A stretch of 64,000 nt of DNA from a virus. Taxonomy: Duplodnaviria > Caudoviricetes. Of this stretch, positions 39,374 through 48,785 are shown in pieces (positions within the stretch are counted from its first letter, which is position 1; the number at the start of each line of letters is the position of its first letter). Location: the IMG/VR virus record IMGVR_UViG_3300049458_000012, positions 11,425-75,424 of that record; one strand, given 5' to 3'. The notes under the pieces were generated by a model. The model was not told the DNA's origin and ran no database searches. It saw only the letters and a list, made by a program, of their open reading frames with translations. The position numbers were made by a program, and so were the translations under genes.

Positions 39374-40198
39374 ATGAGTCTCACCGACCTGGCCGCGGGG
39401 CTGCCTGTGGTTTATATGATGGATATGCACTGTCGGACGCCCAACGATCTGGAACCCACACCGGACCCACGCCTAGCGCCTCGGTGGGCCTTGAAGGGAT
39501 ACCTGATCGGAACGGATGACGCCTGGCGCCTCACCAGCGGATTCAGCTCCCGGGAGTGTTACGGGGTGCTTTTGGAAGGGGCGGCGGGAGAGTTCCTCGT
39601 GGCCATCCGGGGCACCAATGGGATACTGGAGTGGATCGAGGATGCGCAAGCGGTCCGCCCCACCCCTCATCCCCTCGGCGGGCGCGTCGGGGATGGCTTT
39701 TGGGGCCTATACGAGACACTCGTCTTTCGCCCACCGGGTGGCACGGACGTGGCCCCCGCGGCGAAGGGGATCGCGGACGCTATCGGCGTCGGGGGCACGG
39801 TGACCGTCGCGGGCCACTCATTAGGCGCGGCCCTGGCCACGTACTTGACGCTGGACCTCGCGGAGCGGCCCGGGATTCGAGTCCAGGGGCGGTATTTCGC
39901 TTCACCGCGCCCGGGGGATGCGGCTTTCGTGGACGTGTTCGACCGAACGGTGGCGGATTATCGCTCTTATGCCTATGCGCTGGACGTTGTGCCGCATGTG
40001 CCGCTCGGGTTCGTGCCACTGCTGAAGTCGGTGACGATCTCCCCCGACAAGGCGCAAGCGCGGATTCGCTTCGGGATCGGCTGCGCACACCACCTCGTGT
40101 GTTATCTGGCTGCGCTCGATTACGCAAACATGGAGAAAGGATTCGTGGCCTCACCGATCGACGTGGACAATTTGCTTTGCATCCGGGGGCCGCGGTGA
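39374..40198 (+). CDS. Class 3 lipase (alpha/beta hydrolase)
   Basis: VAIRGT oxyanion motif; GHSLGAALA nucleophile elbow; DVVPHVP and terminal His. Confidence 0.85.
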   Translation: MSLTDLAAGLPVVYMMDMHCRTPNDLEPTPDPRLAPRWALKGYLIGTDDAWRLTSGFSSRECYGVLLEGAAGEFLVAIRGTNGILEWIEDAQAVRPTPHPLGGRVGDGFWGLYETLVFRPPGGTDVAPAAKGIADAIGVGGTVTVAGHSLGAALATYLTLDLAERPGIRVQGRYFASPRPGDAAFVDVFDRTVADYRSYAYALDVVPHVPLGFVPLLKSVTISPDKAQARIRFGIGCAHHLVCYLAALDYANMEKGFVASPIDVDNLLCIRGPR

Positions 40199-40204
40199 AG
40201 AGGC

Positions 40205-40495
40205 TCATGGCACGATCACCTCGATCAGCGTGATGAGGGCGTGCCCGTCCGGCACCCATGCCTGACAATAGCGTGCGCGAGGGTCCATGGATTTTTTCAA
40301 CGTGCCATTAACCGCAATCAGTGCAGCGCCCGGATATCGGTGCGCCGCCACATACTGGGCAGTCTTCCCCGGCCACACTAGCACCTCCCCAATCCCAATT
40401 TCCACGCAGTGCGTGGTCACGGGGCGAAGCCCTTCAGCCGCTCCCATTCGGTCTCGCGTTGAGCGGCGAAGATCGCGGTGGCCGCTGCCACGCAC
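40205..40495 (-). CDS. Hypothetical protein (start uncertain)
   Basis: ORF at the convergence point of the two transcription units. Confidence 0.35.
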   Translation of the reverse strand: MRGSGHRDLRRSTRDRMGAAEGLRPVTTHCVEIGIGEVLVWPGKTAQYVAAHRYPGAALIAVNGTLKKSMDPRARYCQAWVPDGHALITLIEVIVP

Positions 40496-40590
40496 CGTTC
40501 ACAAATGGCTGCGGGTGAGAGCTGCGAGGCCACGAGGTGCCCGCAATCCAGAACGCTCCGCGCGCAAAAGCTACATGCGCCCGCGCTCAT
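40417..40590 (-). CDS. Stand-alone ClpX-type C4 zinc finger
   Basis: MSAGACSFCARSVLDCGHLVASQLSPAAICERCVAAA matches the ClpX CSFC..LIAG..ICDECV pattern; ATGA overlap. Confidence 0.7.
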   Translation of the reverse strand: MSAGACSFCARSVLDCGHLVASQLSPAAICERCVAAATAIFAAQRETEWERLKGFAP

Positions 40591-40901
40591 GAGGCACCCT
40601 TTAGCAACTGTCCCGCCTTCCAAACTCTTGCCCCCAGGTACGTGGCCGCTTGGAAACCGTCTTCGCAATTGGCAATCACAATCTTCGCGGCCAACTTCTT
40701 CTCCAACAGTTCATCGCGACCCACCTTACTCGGCACGGCTCCGTCGTATGTTGGCCCGAGTTTCACGAGACACAGCAGCGTTTCCCGGGCCGAAGGGGAT
40801 AGCGTGCGCCAAATGTCTCGCCAGCGCACCGCGTCCTCTCCTTCGGTGTAAAGGTGCTCGTCAATATCAATTCCATGCTTCTTCATGCTTGACCTCTTCA
40901 A
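40587..40901 (-). CDS. Hypothetical protein
   Basis: Coupled ORF. Confidence 0.55.
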   Translation of the reverse strand: MKRSSMKKHGIDIDEHLYTEGEDAVRWRDIWRTLSPSARETLLCLVKLGPTYDGAVPSKVGRDELLEKKLAAKIVIANCEDGFQAATYLGARVWKAGQLLKGAS

Positions 40902-41251
40902 TGGCGGAAAGTATCGAGTTTGATCACCTCGGCCTTCTCGGGCGAGAAGTTGACTTGTTTGAGCCCCGGTTGCAGCATCACTGTGACGGCCACAGTGTCA
41001 CCCTGCTCACACTTTTGTAGAAGTCGCTCATCCACCGTAAACTCCCTCCCATCGCGCGCCCGTACCGGATAGCCACAGAAGTTGAAATGGTGCTCGCAAC
41101 AAATGGCCAGGGGCCGCGCGAGACTAACCACCGTCACCAAGGCCCCTAGATACCGGTCCAAAGGCCCGGACATCAAAAACTTGAGATTGGGTTCCTCTTC
41201 AATGCGCTTTATGCGCGTTTGTTCACCGATATGAAAGGGGACAACGATCAT
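40898..41251 (-). CDS. Hypothetical protein
   Basis: Coupled ORF. Confidence 0.5.
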   Translation of the reverse strand: MIVVPFHIGEQTRIKRIEEEPNLKFLMSGPLDRYLGALVTVVSLARPLAICCEHHFNFCGYPVRARDGREFTVDERLLQKCEQGDTVAVTVMLQPGLKQVNFSPEKAEVIKLDTFRH

Positions 41252-41445
41252 GGGGCGTGGACCTCTCGCAATGGGATGGCGGGGTGTAGAGCGGGGGCGT
41301 GCAGCATCAGCTCGATGTTCTCCAGCAACGCTTGTAAGAACACCATGCGCTCATACGCGGTGTGCGCCATCAGTGCTTCCGCGAGCGCTTTCGCTTCGGC
41401 CCGGATCTCTTCGGACGTTTGTGTGCTCATATCATTTCCTTTCAT
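41248..41445 (-). CDS. Hypothetical protein
   Basis: Coupled ORF. Confidence 0.5.
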   Translation of the reverse strand: MKGNDMSTQTSEEIRAEAKALAEALMAHTAYERMVFLQALLENIELMLHAPALHPAIPLREVHAP

Positions 41446-41451
41446 ATCAAA

Positions 41452-41781
41452 CTAGTCTTGATGCCAGGATCTCTTGCGCACCACCCCACCCGGGCCCAAG
41501 GGCATCGGGGAATTGGCTCGCGGGCACTGGCACGTCGCGCAATGCAACCCGTTAGCGCTTTGTGTCGGAGGGGGCGCCGCACCCGCCACGATAGCGTCGA
41601 TCACCAACTCGCTCTCGTTCGTCTCGGGAGCGGGTCTCAGCAGCGCAATCGCCTTGCGAAGCTCGACCGGGCTTACATATGCCAGTCCGTCAGATCCGAG
41701 TTGTTCCCCCAAGGCTGCGCATCCTTCGAGGTATTGGATGAGCTTGGTGGTTGAGGAACCCACTACCGTCTTGTCATTCAT
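41452..41781 (-). CDS. Hypothetical protein
   Basis: ATGA overlap with the upstream ORF. Confidence 0.45.
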   Translation of the reverse strand: MNDKTVVGSSTTKLIQYLEGCAALGEQLGSDGLAYVSPVELRKAIALLRPAPETNESELVIDAIVAGAAPPPTQSANGLHCATCQCPRANSPMPLGPGGVVRKRSWHQD

Positions 41782-42080
41782 GCGATGAGCACCTCTCGAA
41801 ATTCGATTGGGCACTTCCCATCGCGCACCGGACCGTACCAGCACAGCAGCCAGCGACGAGCCGCGGGGGCACAGTTTCGGTCATAGGCGCCATCGTGTCG
41901 GCGCCACAGCTTCCCCGGGTAAACGCCCGTAGGCATCGTGGTGCTGTATTCCGCGAGACTTTCGAACGTCGCCCGTGACATCAGGGCGTGCGTCTCGTCA
42001 ATTAAAATCGACTCAAGCGGAGGTTGTGGCCACGCGCCCGGGTAAGGTGATTCTAACGCGGGCAGGGTTTGCGTGCTCAT
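41778..42080 (-). CDS. Hypothetical protein
   Basis: EYSTTMPTGVYPGKLWRR motif. Confidence 0.5.
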   Translation of the reverse strand: MSTQTLPALESPYPGAWPQPPLESILIDETHALMSRATFESLAEYSTTMPTGVYPGKLWRRHDGAYDRNCAPAARRWLLCWYGPVRDGKCPIEFREVLIA

Positions 42081-42643
42081 GCCGTGCCCCTCGTGTGCAA
42101 AATGGGTTGAGCGGTGGAAGGAAGATACAACGGATGCTTCGGGTGGCCTTTCGCAGTCAACCCTAGCGAATATATCAGCCGATTTCCGCACCAGCCCAAT
42201 GTCGTTTCGTCCTGGCCCAAGTGCCCTCCATGCGCGCCCCAGGCGCAGATGATCTTCCCCGCATCCAGAACGGCATTTTGCACATGGTCCCGATTATCCG
42301 GGCCCACCGGATCGGCCATGTAATCCATGGCGAGAATGACCGCGGGTTGCGTCGCCCGGTACGCGAAGAGGTTGACCACTTCCAACCGTTCATACCCCCA
42401 AGCCTTCGCGAACCCAACGCAACGACGAATGGTTGGATCGTCCTGGGCGCCGTCCGCGGTGGAGGGGTTGAGCATGATGAAGACGCACGCTTTCGGCTCA
42501 CCCAGCGGCGCCCCTGACCCATCCTTTGCGCCGAGCCAGCGCCAGTTTTTCGGGTCATGAGTTCCGCGCCACTCACGCCACAGCAGGTAACGATAGCTTT
42601 CGCACTTGGAGAGCTTCGCCCCCGCCTCGATGTATTGGTCCAT
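42077..42643 (-). CDS. DUF1643 family protein
   Basis: YRYLLWREW, FIMLNPSTAD..DDPTIRRC, VNLFAYRAT.P, HPKHPLY. Confidence 0.9.
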   Translation of the reverse strand: MDQYIEAGAKLSKCESYRYLLWREWRGTHDPKNWRWLGAKDGSGAPLGEPKACVFIMLNPSTADGAQDDPTIRRCVGFAKAWGYERLEVVNLFAYRATQPAVILAMDYMADPVGPDNRDHVQNAVLDAGKIICAWGAHGGHLGQDETTLGWCGNRLIYSLGLTAKGHPKHPLYLPSTAQPILHTRGTA

Positions 42644-42903
42644 CACTGCGGCATCCTCCCGACATTTCGCTTTAGTATTTTCCCGTGTCGATGCAGCACC
42701 CATCGCACCACATGATTGAAGCGCACGTCCATTCGGCGCCACTCCGGATGCCGAATGACGCCAGCCGCTTTCAGCTGGATAATGCCACGGCGCGTACGTT
42801 CCAAAGATGCCACGGCGTGGCCCGGGAGCTTCAGCCCTTGAGTGCGTAACTGGAGCCGGATGTGATCGGCCAACCCCGAGGTGTCGAACATGAGCAGCTT
42901 CAT
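42643..42903 (-). CDS. Hypothetical protein
   Basis: Coupled ORF. Confidence 0.45.
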   Translation of the reverse strand: MKLLMFDTSGLADHIRLQLRTQGLKLPGHAVASLERTRRGIIQLKAAGVIRHPEWRRMDVRFNHVVRWVLHRHGKILKRNVGRMPQ

Positions 42904-43112
42904 GGCTGCCTCCTGCTGGCGCTCAGCGCCGCACCGAACCCGATGGCAGCGCAGCCGATGCCGATCTCCATGAGCCGGATTGCACGCGAGGGGTGCACCG
43001 CCATATTCACCAACAAACTTCCAATCATGGAACCGATGCCCACGTAAATCAGCGCCACTCCCGCGATGGTCGCCCCTTTTTGCCAGTTCATGGCTTCACC
43101 TCCGAGGGCCAA
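42900..43112 (-). CDS. Small membrane protein
   Basis: Two hydrophobic segments. Confidence 0.5.
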   Translation of the reverse strand: MALGGEAMNWQKGATIAGVALIYVGIGSMIGSLLVNMAVHPSRAIRLMEIGIGCAAIGFGAALSASRRQP

Positions 43113-43603
43113 AGGCGCTCCGCCTTCGCAATCGCCTCTCGAATCAGTTCAGCAGTCGGGCTGTTAATCCCCAAATTATTGTGCGTCGTTGTTTCGATAT
43201 AACTGGCCGCTTGTCCCAGGGCCGCCAAGATATCGCGCGCAGCCTCCTGGGCTTGTGGCGATTGCCGCAGAAAGAGGCGCTTAAAATCCAGCAAACTCGC
43301 CTCCCATCCCGCGGGCAATTCGATCTCGAATGGCAACACGAAACGGCACAGCTTATGCCCCGCTCGAACCACAGAGCCATCGCGTAACACCTCAACCGGT
43401 GTCGAGTCCTCGGGCTGTGCCAAGGCTTCGAGGGCCAGTGGCTCGGTCAACAGCCCTGTGTCCTTTATCACGGCCAGGGCTGCCCGGAAGATCTTCGGCG
43501 CGTGCCAGTGCGGGTTGCTGATGATGGTGTTGGGGCCCGGATAATTACGCACGAAGTATTCGGCAAACCGAGCCTCCGCATTTTCGCGTGTAGTGGACAT
43601 CAT
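43088..43603 (-). CDS. Hypothetical protein
   Basis: FAEYFVRNYPGP..I..P.WHAPKIFRAA motif. Confidence 0.55.
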   Translation of the reverse strand: MMSTTRENAEARFAEYFVRNYPGPNTIISNPHWHAPKIFRAALAVIKDTGLLTEPLALEALAQPEDSTPVEVLRDGSVVRAGHKLCRFVLPFEIELPAGWEASLLDFKRLFLRQSPQAQEAARDILAALGQAASYIETTTHNNLGINSPTAELIREAIAKAERLWPSEVKP

Positions 43604-43818
43604 TTCGTCCTCTGATTTTGCGCGGCACGTTTGGCCGCTTCTTTTTCCTCTTCCTCCACGAAGCGGCGCCCACCCGAGAGGGCTGCCTCTACGTCGATGA
43701 AGAACCCTGACAACTCCACCCCGTCCACGTACCCGAGTAGATCCGGGCCCATGTGCCGAGCTTCGAGCCGTCGTCCGTGGAACTCCTCTTTCTTCACCAA
43801 CTTGCGTTCTAAAGCCAT
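43600..43818 (-). CDS. Hypothetical protein
   Basis: GAGGT SD. Confidence 0.55.
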   Translation of the reverse strand: MALERKLVKKEEFHGRRLEARHMGPDLLGYVDGVELSGFFIDVEAALSGGRRFVEEEEKEAAKRAAQNQRTK

Positions 43819-43824
43819 TTCATT

Positions 43825-44124
43825 TCACCTCAAAGAGTTTGTTGTGAGGGTGTGCTCGCCCCGTCGAATCTGACGCACCGTTGGCACAGAGAGTCCGGTG
43901 GCGGTGGAAGACTGCTGTATCGTCCACCCATTCAATGCGTGCGCTTTCACTCGGTCCACCAATGCAGGCGTGACTCGATATCGCGGATCAGCGGTGAGTT
44001 CCGCGGCCAATTCTTCCAGCACCGCCAGCACCTCACCTCGGGTCCTCGCCGCACGCGCCCGAATGAGGTTGCGATTGATCAATTTTTCTCGGGATGCTAT
44101 CGTGCTGTATTTCGATGCAGGCAT
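43825..44124 (-). CDS. HTH DNA-binding protein
   Basis: WTIQQSSTATGLSVPTVRQIRRG helix-turn-helix. Confidence 0.55.
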   Translation of the reverse strand: MPASKYSTIASREKLINRNLIRARAARTRGEVLAVLEELAAELTADPRYRVTPALVDRVKAHALNGWTIQQSSTATGLSVPTVRQIRRGEHTLTTNSLR

Positions 44125-44136
44125 TACATTGCACTC

Positions 44137-44412
44137 CTAATCTGTAAAAATGTTTCGTCCGTTTTGGGCATCCACATGCCCTCGTTTGTATGCGGATTCC
44201 AACCCAACTCCATGCTCCAATAAATACGCCAGGGCCGCGGCTCCCGCGTGCAGATCGCACAGCCCCTTGCCTTCGAAAATGAACCGTGCTTTGCGCTCAC
44301 AGTGCATATCGGTGCGCCCCGCTTGTTCGCGCCAACGCTGCCCCTGTTCAGTGACTTCGGCCTCGCACGCGGGGGCCCGGGAGGGGGAAAGTTTAATGCG
44401 CTGCAGCTTCAT
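44137..44412 (-). CDS. Hypothetical Cys/His protein
   Basis: C...HC..KA.....G..LC..HA pattern. Confidence 0.45.
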   Translation of the reverse strand: MKLQRIKLSPSRAPACEAEVTEQGQRWREQAGRTDMHCERKARFIFEGKGLCDLHAGAAALAYLLEHGVGLESAYKRGHVDAQNGRNIFTD

Positions 44413-44828
44413 TGGCGCGCACCCATGCGCAAGCATTGCGTGAACTCCGCCCAGTCAACGTGATTGCGCCAAAATTGGCTCGCTTTCGCGAGCAGTACCG
44501 TTTGCGTCGAGTGGGGCTTATCGACGTTGTGCACCGCATGGTACGTATTGAAGAGCAGATACTCTCGGCCCACCCGCACGAAAAGCCAGCCTCTACGAAA
44601 CTTTAAAAAGAGCCGCTGCAGGTCCTCCAATCCAAACTCCGCAGGCGTCGTGGCTCGATGTGGCCACTTGTCTAGTGCCTTCAGCTCAATCCAAATATTG
44701 CCCGCTCCCGGGAGCCAAGCGCTAAGGTCCGCGATGCCCGCGGTGAATCCGTCTGCGTGTTTCACGGGCCACTGCCATCGCGACTCCATCCCGCCCAAGA
44801 CGTAATCAACTAGGGTTCGCTCAGCCAT
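44409..44828 (-). CDS. PD-(D/E)XK nuclease (VRR-NUC/resolvase-like)
   Basis: GIADL......G.IWIELK motif. Confidence 0.75.
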   Translation of the reverse strand: MAERTLVDYVLGGMESRWQWPVKHADGFTAGIADLSAWLPGAGNIWIELKALDKWPHRATTPAEFGLEDLQRLFLKFRRGWLFVRVGREYLLFNTYHAVHNVDKPHSTQTVLLAKASQFWRNHVDWAEFTQCLRMGARQ

Positions 44829-47518
44829 TTTGTGCGCTCCACTTGCAGCATATTGAAGTCAGTCACCACCTTCCCCGTCACCACCATCCACTGCCCGATC
44901 GGCGCCCGCTCCACGATCGGCGCCCCGAGCGTTGCATATCGTTTCGCATTCACGCAACACAACACCCGGCCCGAGTCGTCCTCCAAGTTGAAGAGCAGCA
45001 TGTCCCGCATGTTGTCGGGGACTCGTTTGCCTTTGCGCTTGACGAGATACTTCTCATCATTCAAGTCGCGCAGATTCTTCTTAATGATGCGCCCGAGGAC
45101 CGCGAATTGTTGCATCGGATTGCCCGCCACAACGCTCGCACACTCGTGCAGCTCGCGTACGGTTTTGAAGTGTTTCTCCGGGTGCGCATACAGATCGCCC
45201 CAGATCCGATGGGCAGGGGCGTAGTCTGCGAACCGGGAGACCCCCGCCAGCAGTGTCTTGTGCCGGGCGCTGAGGGCGATGCCGTTGGCGCGACGAATGC
45301 AGATCTCCCGCGCGGTCTTCGGGCCACACCCCTTCAACCCGGTGAGAGGGCCGAGCAGCCGTTTGCCTTCGAACTCCCACCGCTCGGTGCTCTTCTCCGG
45401 GTCCACCGGCACGAACTCTATGCCGCTGCTCTCTCGCATCAACTCCCGCAACGTGCCGAGTGTGGAATCACTCTCCCCGGTGGAGGCTTTCGCGTGCCGA
45501 AGGTTGGCCACCGCGAATTCCAACGGGTGATGCGCCTTCAACCACGCGGTCCAATACGACAACAGCCCATAGGCCACGGCGTGCGACTTGTTGAAGGCCC
45601 ATGAACCCATCGTGTTGACGGACTTCCAAACCTTCTCCGCATCCGTAGCGGCCAGCCCCTTCGCCTGCGAGGCAGCAATGAACTGCTTTTCATACTTGGC
45701 GAATGCCTCATTGCCTTTTCGCCCCGACATCACCTTGCGGATCGCGGATGTATCGGCCCATGAAAAATCCCCCATCTCGCGCACCACGCGCATGACGGTT
45801 TCCTGATAGATGATCGTGCCGAACGTCTCTTCAGTGAAGGGCCCGAGCGCGGGGTGCAGCGGGTTATTGGTGCCGGTGTTCTTCCCCTTCACCCATCGTT
45901 CCGTCTCCCCCGAGGACAACGGCCCCGGGCGGGCGAGCGCCGTCACAGCGGCCACGTCCTCGAAGCGATCAATAGTGAATTGGCGGGCGACGCTTTGCAG
46001 CGCGATGCCTTCGAATTGAAACACCCCGGAGTACTTGCCCGCATTCAACATATCGAAGGTATCTTGGTCCTCCAGCGGCAGCTCATACAAACTCAACGGA
46101 TCGATCCCGATCAACCCACACGCCTCCTCGATCACGGAGAGCGTCCGCAGGCCCAACGCATCGATCTTCAGGAGGTTGATAGTCTCCGCGGTCTTCTTCT
46201 CCAGCTGACAGGCCCCGTCCCGCACGCCACAAAATTCATTCACCGGTGCATTGCAAACCACGATCCCTGCGGCATGGATGCCTGCCGAGCGCGCATGATC
46301 TTCGAGCCGCGTGGCGACCCTCAGCAACGGATACTTCGCCACCAAGGCCCTGCCCACCTCCATGCCGTCCAACGAGTCCGCCAGACACGCACTCGCCCGC
46401 GCGTCTCCGGAGGATCGTTCAATCATGACGTCCTTCAACTGATCCAGCTCGAAGAGGGGGACGTTGGCCACCTTGGCAACATCCGTCAATGCGGAGCGTG
46501 GCTTGTAACGGATCACCGTGCCGATGTGAGCGACGTTGGCCGCCCCATACTTTTCTCGCAGATATTCGATCACGGCTTCACGCTTGACGTCGGGGAAGTC
46601 AATGTCAATATCGGGGAGGTCCGCGCGGTTGACGTCAATGAAGCGCTCGAAGATGAGCCCATGGCGCAACGGGTCGATCTCCGTGATGCGGGTAAGCCAA
46701 CACACGACCGAGCCCGCGGAACTTCCGCGCGCGGGGCCCACAAGCATGGAGCGCTTCGCGAATTGCAGCAGGTCCGCGATCACTAGGAAGTAATCCGCAA
46801 ACTTCTTCTCCGCGATCAACCGCAGCTCATATTCCAACCGGGTCTTGTACTCCTTGCCGAGCTTTCGGCGGCGCAGCTCCGCGGTGGCCAGGGCCTTCAA
46901 TTCGGCGTCCGGGTCTTTCACCGGGAATTTAATATTCTCGGCCCTGGGCAGCGGCGTGTCGCACCGCTCGATGAGGGCTTTGAGCCTCTCAATCCAAGGC
47001 GCCAGCGCCCCTTCCGCAATCAGTTCCTCGGGACTAAGGATGTGGGCGGAGCCGGTACGGGTGCGGGCGGCTTTCCCCAGCATGAGGGCCCATGCCTGGG
47101 CGTCCTCGGGGGCCGGGAAGAGATTGTCCGAGGAAGCGATCGAGGTCGCCTCGCTGGCCAGCGACAGCCCCGGGAAGAAGCCCTGGAGGGCCTTGGGGAG
47201 CGAGGTTCGGCCCGCGGTGACCACGGTCCAATCCGCACCCCCCGCGCGCTCGGGTGTCAATGCGCCTGCCGCGATCGTGGCATATAGCTCCTTCAGTCCC
47301 GCGGGGGAGTGAGGGATGACGATCGCCGGACGGCCTTCATATTGGAACCGGGCGCCGAGGACGCCGTGCTTACCCGCTTTCTTACACTCGGTGGCGAAGT
47401 CCACGTGCCCCCAACAGTTGTTGTCCGCGATCACCCCGCCCCACGCGGGCAGGCGGGCCACGACCTCTTTTATAGGGCCGAAGACCGCGCGGAAAGAATA
47501 CTCAGATCGGACGATCAT
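44810..47518 (-). CDS. dnaE: DNA polymerase III alpha-like (family C, DnaE)
   Basis: VRSEYSF, GPARGSSAGS, LPDIDIDFP, GIHAAGIV, KIDALGLRTL, IIYQE.VM, FNKSHAVAY; C-terminal OB fold. Confidence 0.95.
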   Translation of the reverse strand: MIVRSEYSFRAVFGPIKEVVARLPAWGGVIADNNCWGHVDFATECKKAGKHGVLGARFQYEGRPAIVIPHSPAGLKELYATIAAGALTPERAGGADWTVVTAGRTSLPKALQGFFPGLSLASEATSIASSDNLFPAPEDAQAWALMLGKAARTRTGSAHILSPEELIAEGALAPWIERLKALIERCDTPLPRAENIKFPVKDPDAELKALATAELRRRKLGKEYKTRLEYELRLIAEKKFADYFLVIADLLQFAKRSMLVGPARGSSAGSVVCWLTRITEIDPLRHGLIFERFIDVNRADLPDIDIDFPDVKREAVIEYLREKYGAANVAHIGTVIRYKPRSALTDVAKVANVPLFELDQLKDVMIERSSGDARASACLADSLDGMEVGRALVAKYPLLRVATRLEDHARSAGIHAAGIVVCNAPVNEFCGVRDGACQLEKKTAETINLLKIDALGLRTLSVIEEACGLIGIDPLSLYELPLEDQDTFDMLNAGKYSGVFQFEGIALQSVARQFTIDRFEDVAAVTALARPGPLSSGETERWVKGKNTGTNNPLHPALGPFTEETFGTIIYQETVMRVVREMGDFSWADTSAIRKVMSGRKGNEAFAKYEKQFIAASQAKGLAATDAEKVWKSVNTMGSWAFNKSHAVAYGLLSYWTAWLKAHHPLEFAVANLRHAKASTGESDSTLGTLRELMRESSGIEFVPVDPEKSTERWEFEGKRLLGPLTGLKGCGPKTAREICIRRANGIALSARHKTLLAGVSRFADYAPAHRIWGDLYAHPEKHFKTVRELHECASVVAGNPMQQFAVLGRIIKKNLRDLNDEKYLVKRKGKRVPDNMRDMLLFNLEDDSGRVLCCVNAKRYATLGAPIVERAPIGQWMVVTGKVVTDFNMLQVERTKWLSEP

Positions 47519-47703
47519 GATTTTTCGATTTCCTCCCAATCCCACTCTGCAACCGCTTCGATGGAGATGCGTGCGGTGCTTACAGCAATCACTGCCGTTT
47601 GTACCGCGGCGGCAGAGTCGTAATCTCCATCCTTGTTGAGGAGCGTTACAACACGCACCAAGTCCGCTTCCATGGCACGCATATGGGAATCAAGCGATTT
47701 CAC
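47515..47703 (-). CDS. Hypothetical protein
   Basis: GTG start, coupled to dnaE. Confidence 0.45.
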   Translation of the reverse strand: MKSLDSHMRAMEADLVRVVTLLNKDGDYDSAAAVQTAVIAVSTARISIEAVAEWDWEEIEKS

Positions 47704-47874
47704 CTAATCTCTCCTTCTCGGATCGCGCACCGTGGTGGCGCATGAATTGGGGCGGTGAGGGTATTTGGCCGCCCCACAGTTGCAAAGCGGATACCGGGTG
47801 CGGTCTTCCCGAAGTTGTCGATTCCAATCGATCCCCCAACTAGGCCGCTTGCAACACCGGGGCAAGCGCAACAT
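47704..47874 (-). CDS. Small Cys-rich protein
   Basis: RCC...CNCGAAKYPHR..SC motif. Confidence 0.4.
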   Translation of the reverse strand: MLRLPRCCKRPSWGIDWNRQLREDRTRYPLCNCGAAKYPHRPNSCATTVRDPRRRD

Positions 47875-47995
47875 GAGCCCCGGTTGTTTCGGAAAAGTGG
47901 CCCGTTTCCAGCAAGCCCAGCATCGGCACCTCCAACTAGAAAATCTTTTTGTGACTGCGGCATGAGAGTGTTTAACGGTGAGTTTTCTACCCAAG

Positions 47996-48373
47996 TTATG
48001 CCCACACCGGGAAAAAGGTGAACTGTTCCGGCTCCGTGAACAATTCCCCGTGCCACTCGCACCAGTGGTTGGACTTCCGGGCATTGGGCCCTGCCAGGAG
48101 GATTTGCAAGTTGGCCGGAATATTGAGCCCGCATACCCGTTTGTGCGTGAGCGGGATGATGTGGTCCAAAACGTATTGCTTGCCCGTTTGTTCAGTTTTC
48201 TCCTTCGCCAACTTTCCGAGTCGGCGCAACTCGGCCAAATTGACCCAGGGAGGTGTCGCCATGACGCATTGCACGATGTAGCTGCGGCGCGGGTGCTTCG
48301 TAAGCCACGCAGGTTCCTCCCCTTTCAGCAGCCGCCCGCGAAGTTTGAAGTTGGAATATCGCAGCACCGTCAT
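47996..48373 (-). CDS. HNH endonuclease-like protein
   Basis: ATPPW, VLDHIIPL..VCGLNIPANLQIL...N.RKSN. Confidence 0.8.
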   Translation of the reverse strand: MTVLRYSNFKLRGRLLKGEEPAWLTKHPRRSYIVQCVMATPPWVNLAELRRLGKLAKEKTEQTGKQYVLDHIIPLTHKRVCGLNIPANLQILLAGPNARKSNHWCEWHGELFTEPEQFTFFPVWA

Positions 48374-48750
48374 TACTCCTCCAGCAGCAACGATTTGTAA
48401 GGGGCGTGCGATCGCTTTTCGAAACGCACTGGAGCCGTCTTGAGCATCTCCAGCGCCAGCTCCCCGGAGCAATAAGCTACGAGATGGCCGTGAGCCTTTT
48501 GAAAAAAGAAATAAGCGTCTCCAGCATGTTTCGGGGTGCAATGATCCGCGGCATCCACGTCCAACCGGATGCCGCGGGATCGATATCGCTCGTAATCAGA
48601 AAACTGCACCACGCAACGTCGCCCATCTTCGAGGAAATAAAAGTAAGCCCCTCCATTGGTGTCGGGGATCTCTTCGATACGGATCACGAGGGATGCCAAC
48701 CGATCGGCCACGATGTGTTCAGGCAGTTGGACCATTGCATGCATGTTCAT
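48373..48750 (-). CDS. Hypothetical protein (possible PD-(D/E)XK fold)
   Basis: TAATG coupling; AD..YFF pattern. Confidence 0.5.
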   Translation of the reverse strand: MNMHAMVQLPEHIVADRLASLVIRIEEIPDTNGGAYFYFLEDGRRCVVQFSDYERYRSRGIRLDVDAADHCTPKHAGDAYFFFQKAHGHLVAYCSGELALEMLKTAPVRFEKRSHAPYKSLLLEE

Positions 48751-48785
48751 ATATTCCTCTGAAAGATGGCCACCGGAAAGCTAAA

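Noticed and set aside
47996-48373. HNH nuclease as part of a group I intron
   Set aside because: It is a free-standing, translationally coupled ORF and no interrupted host gene flanks it
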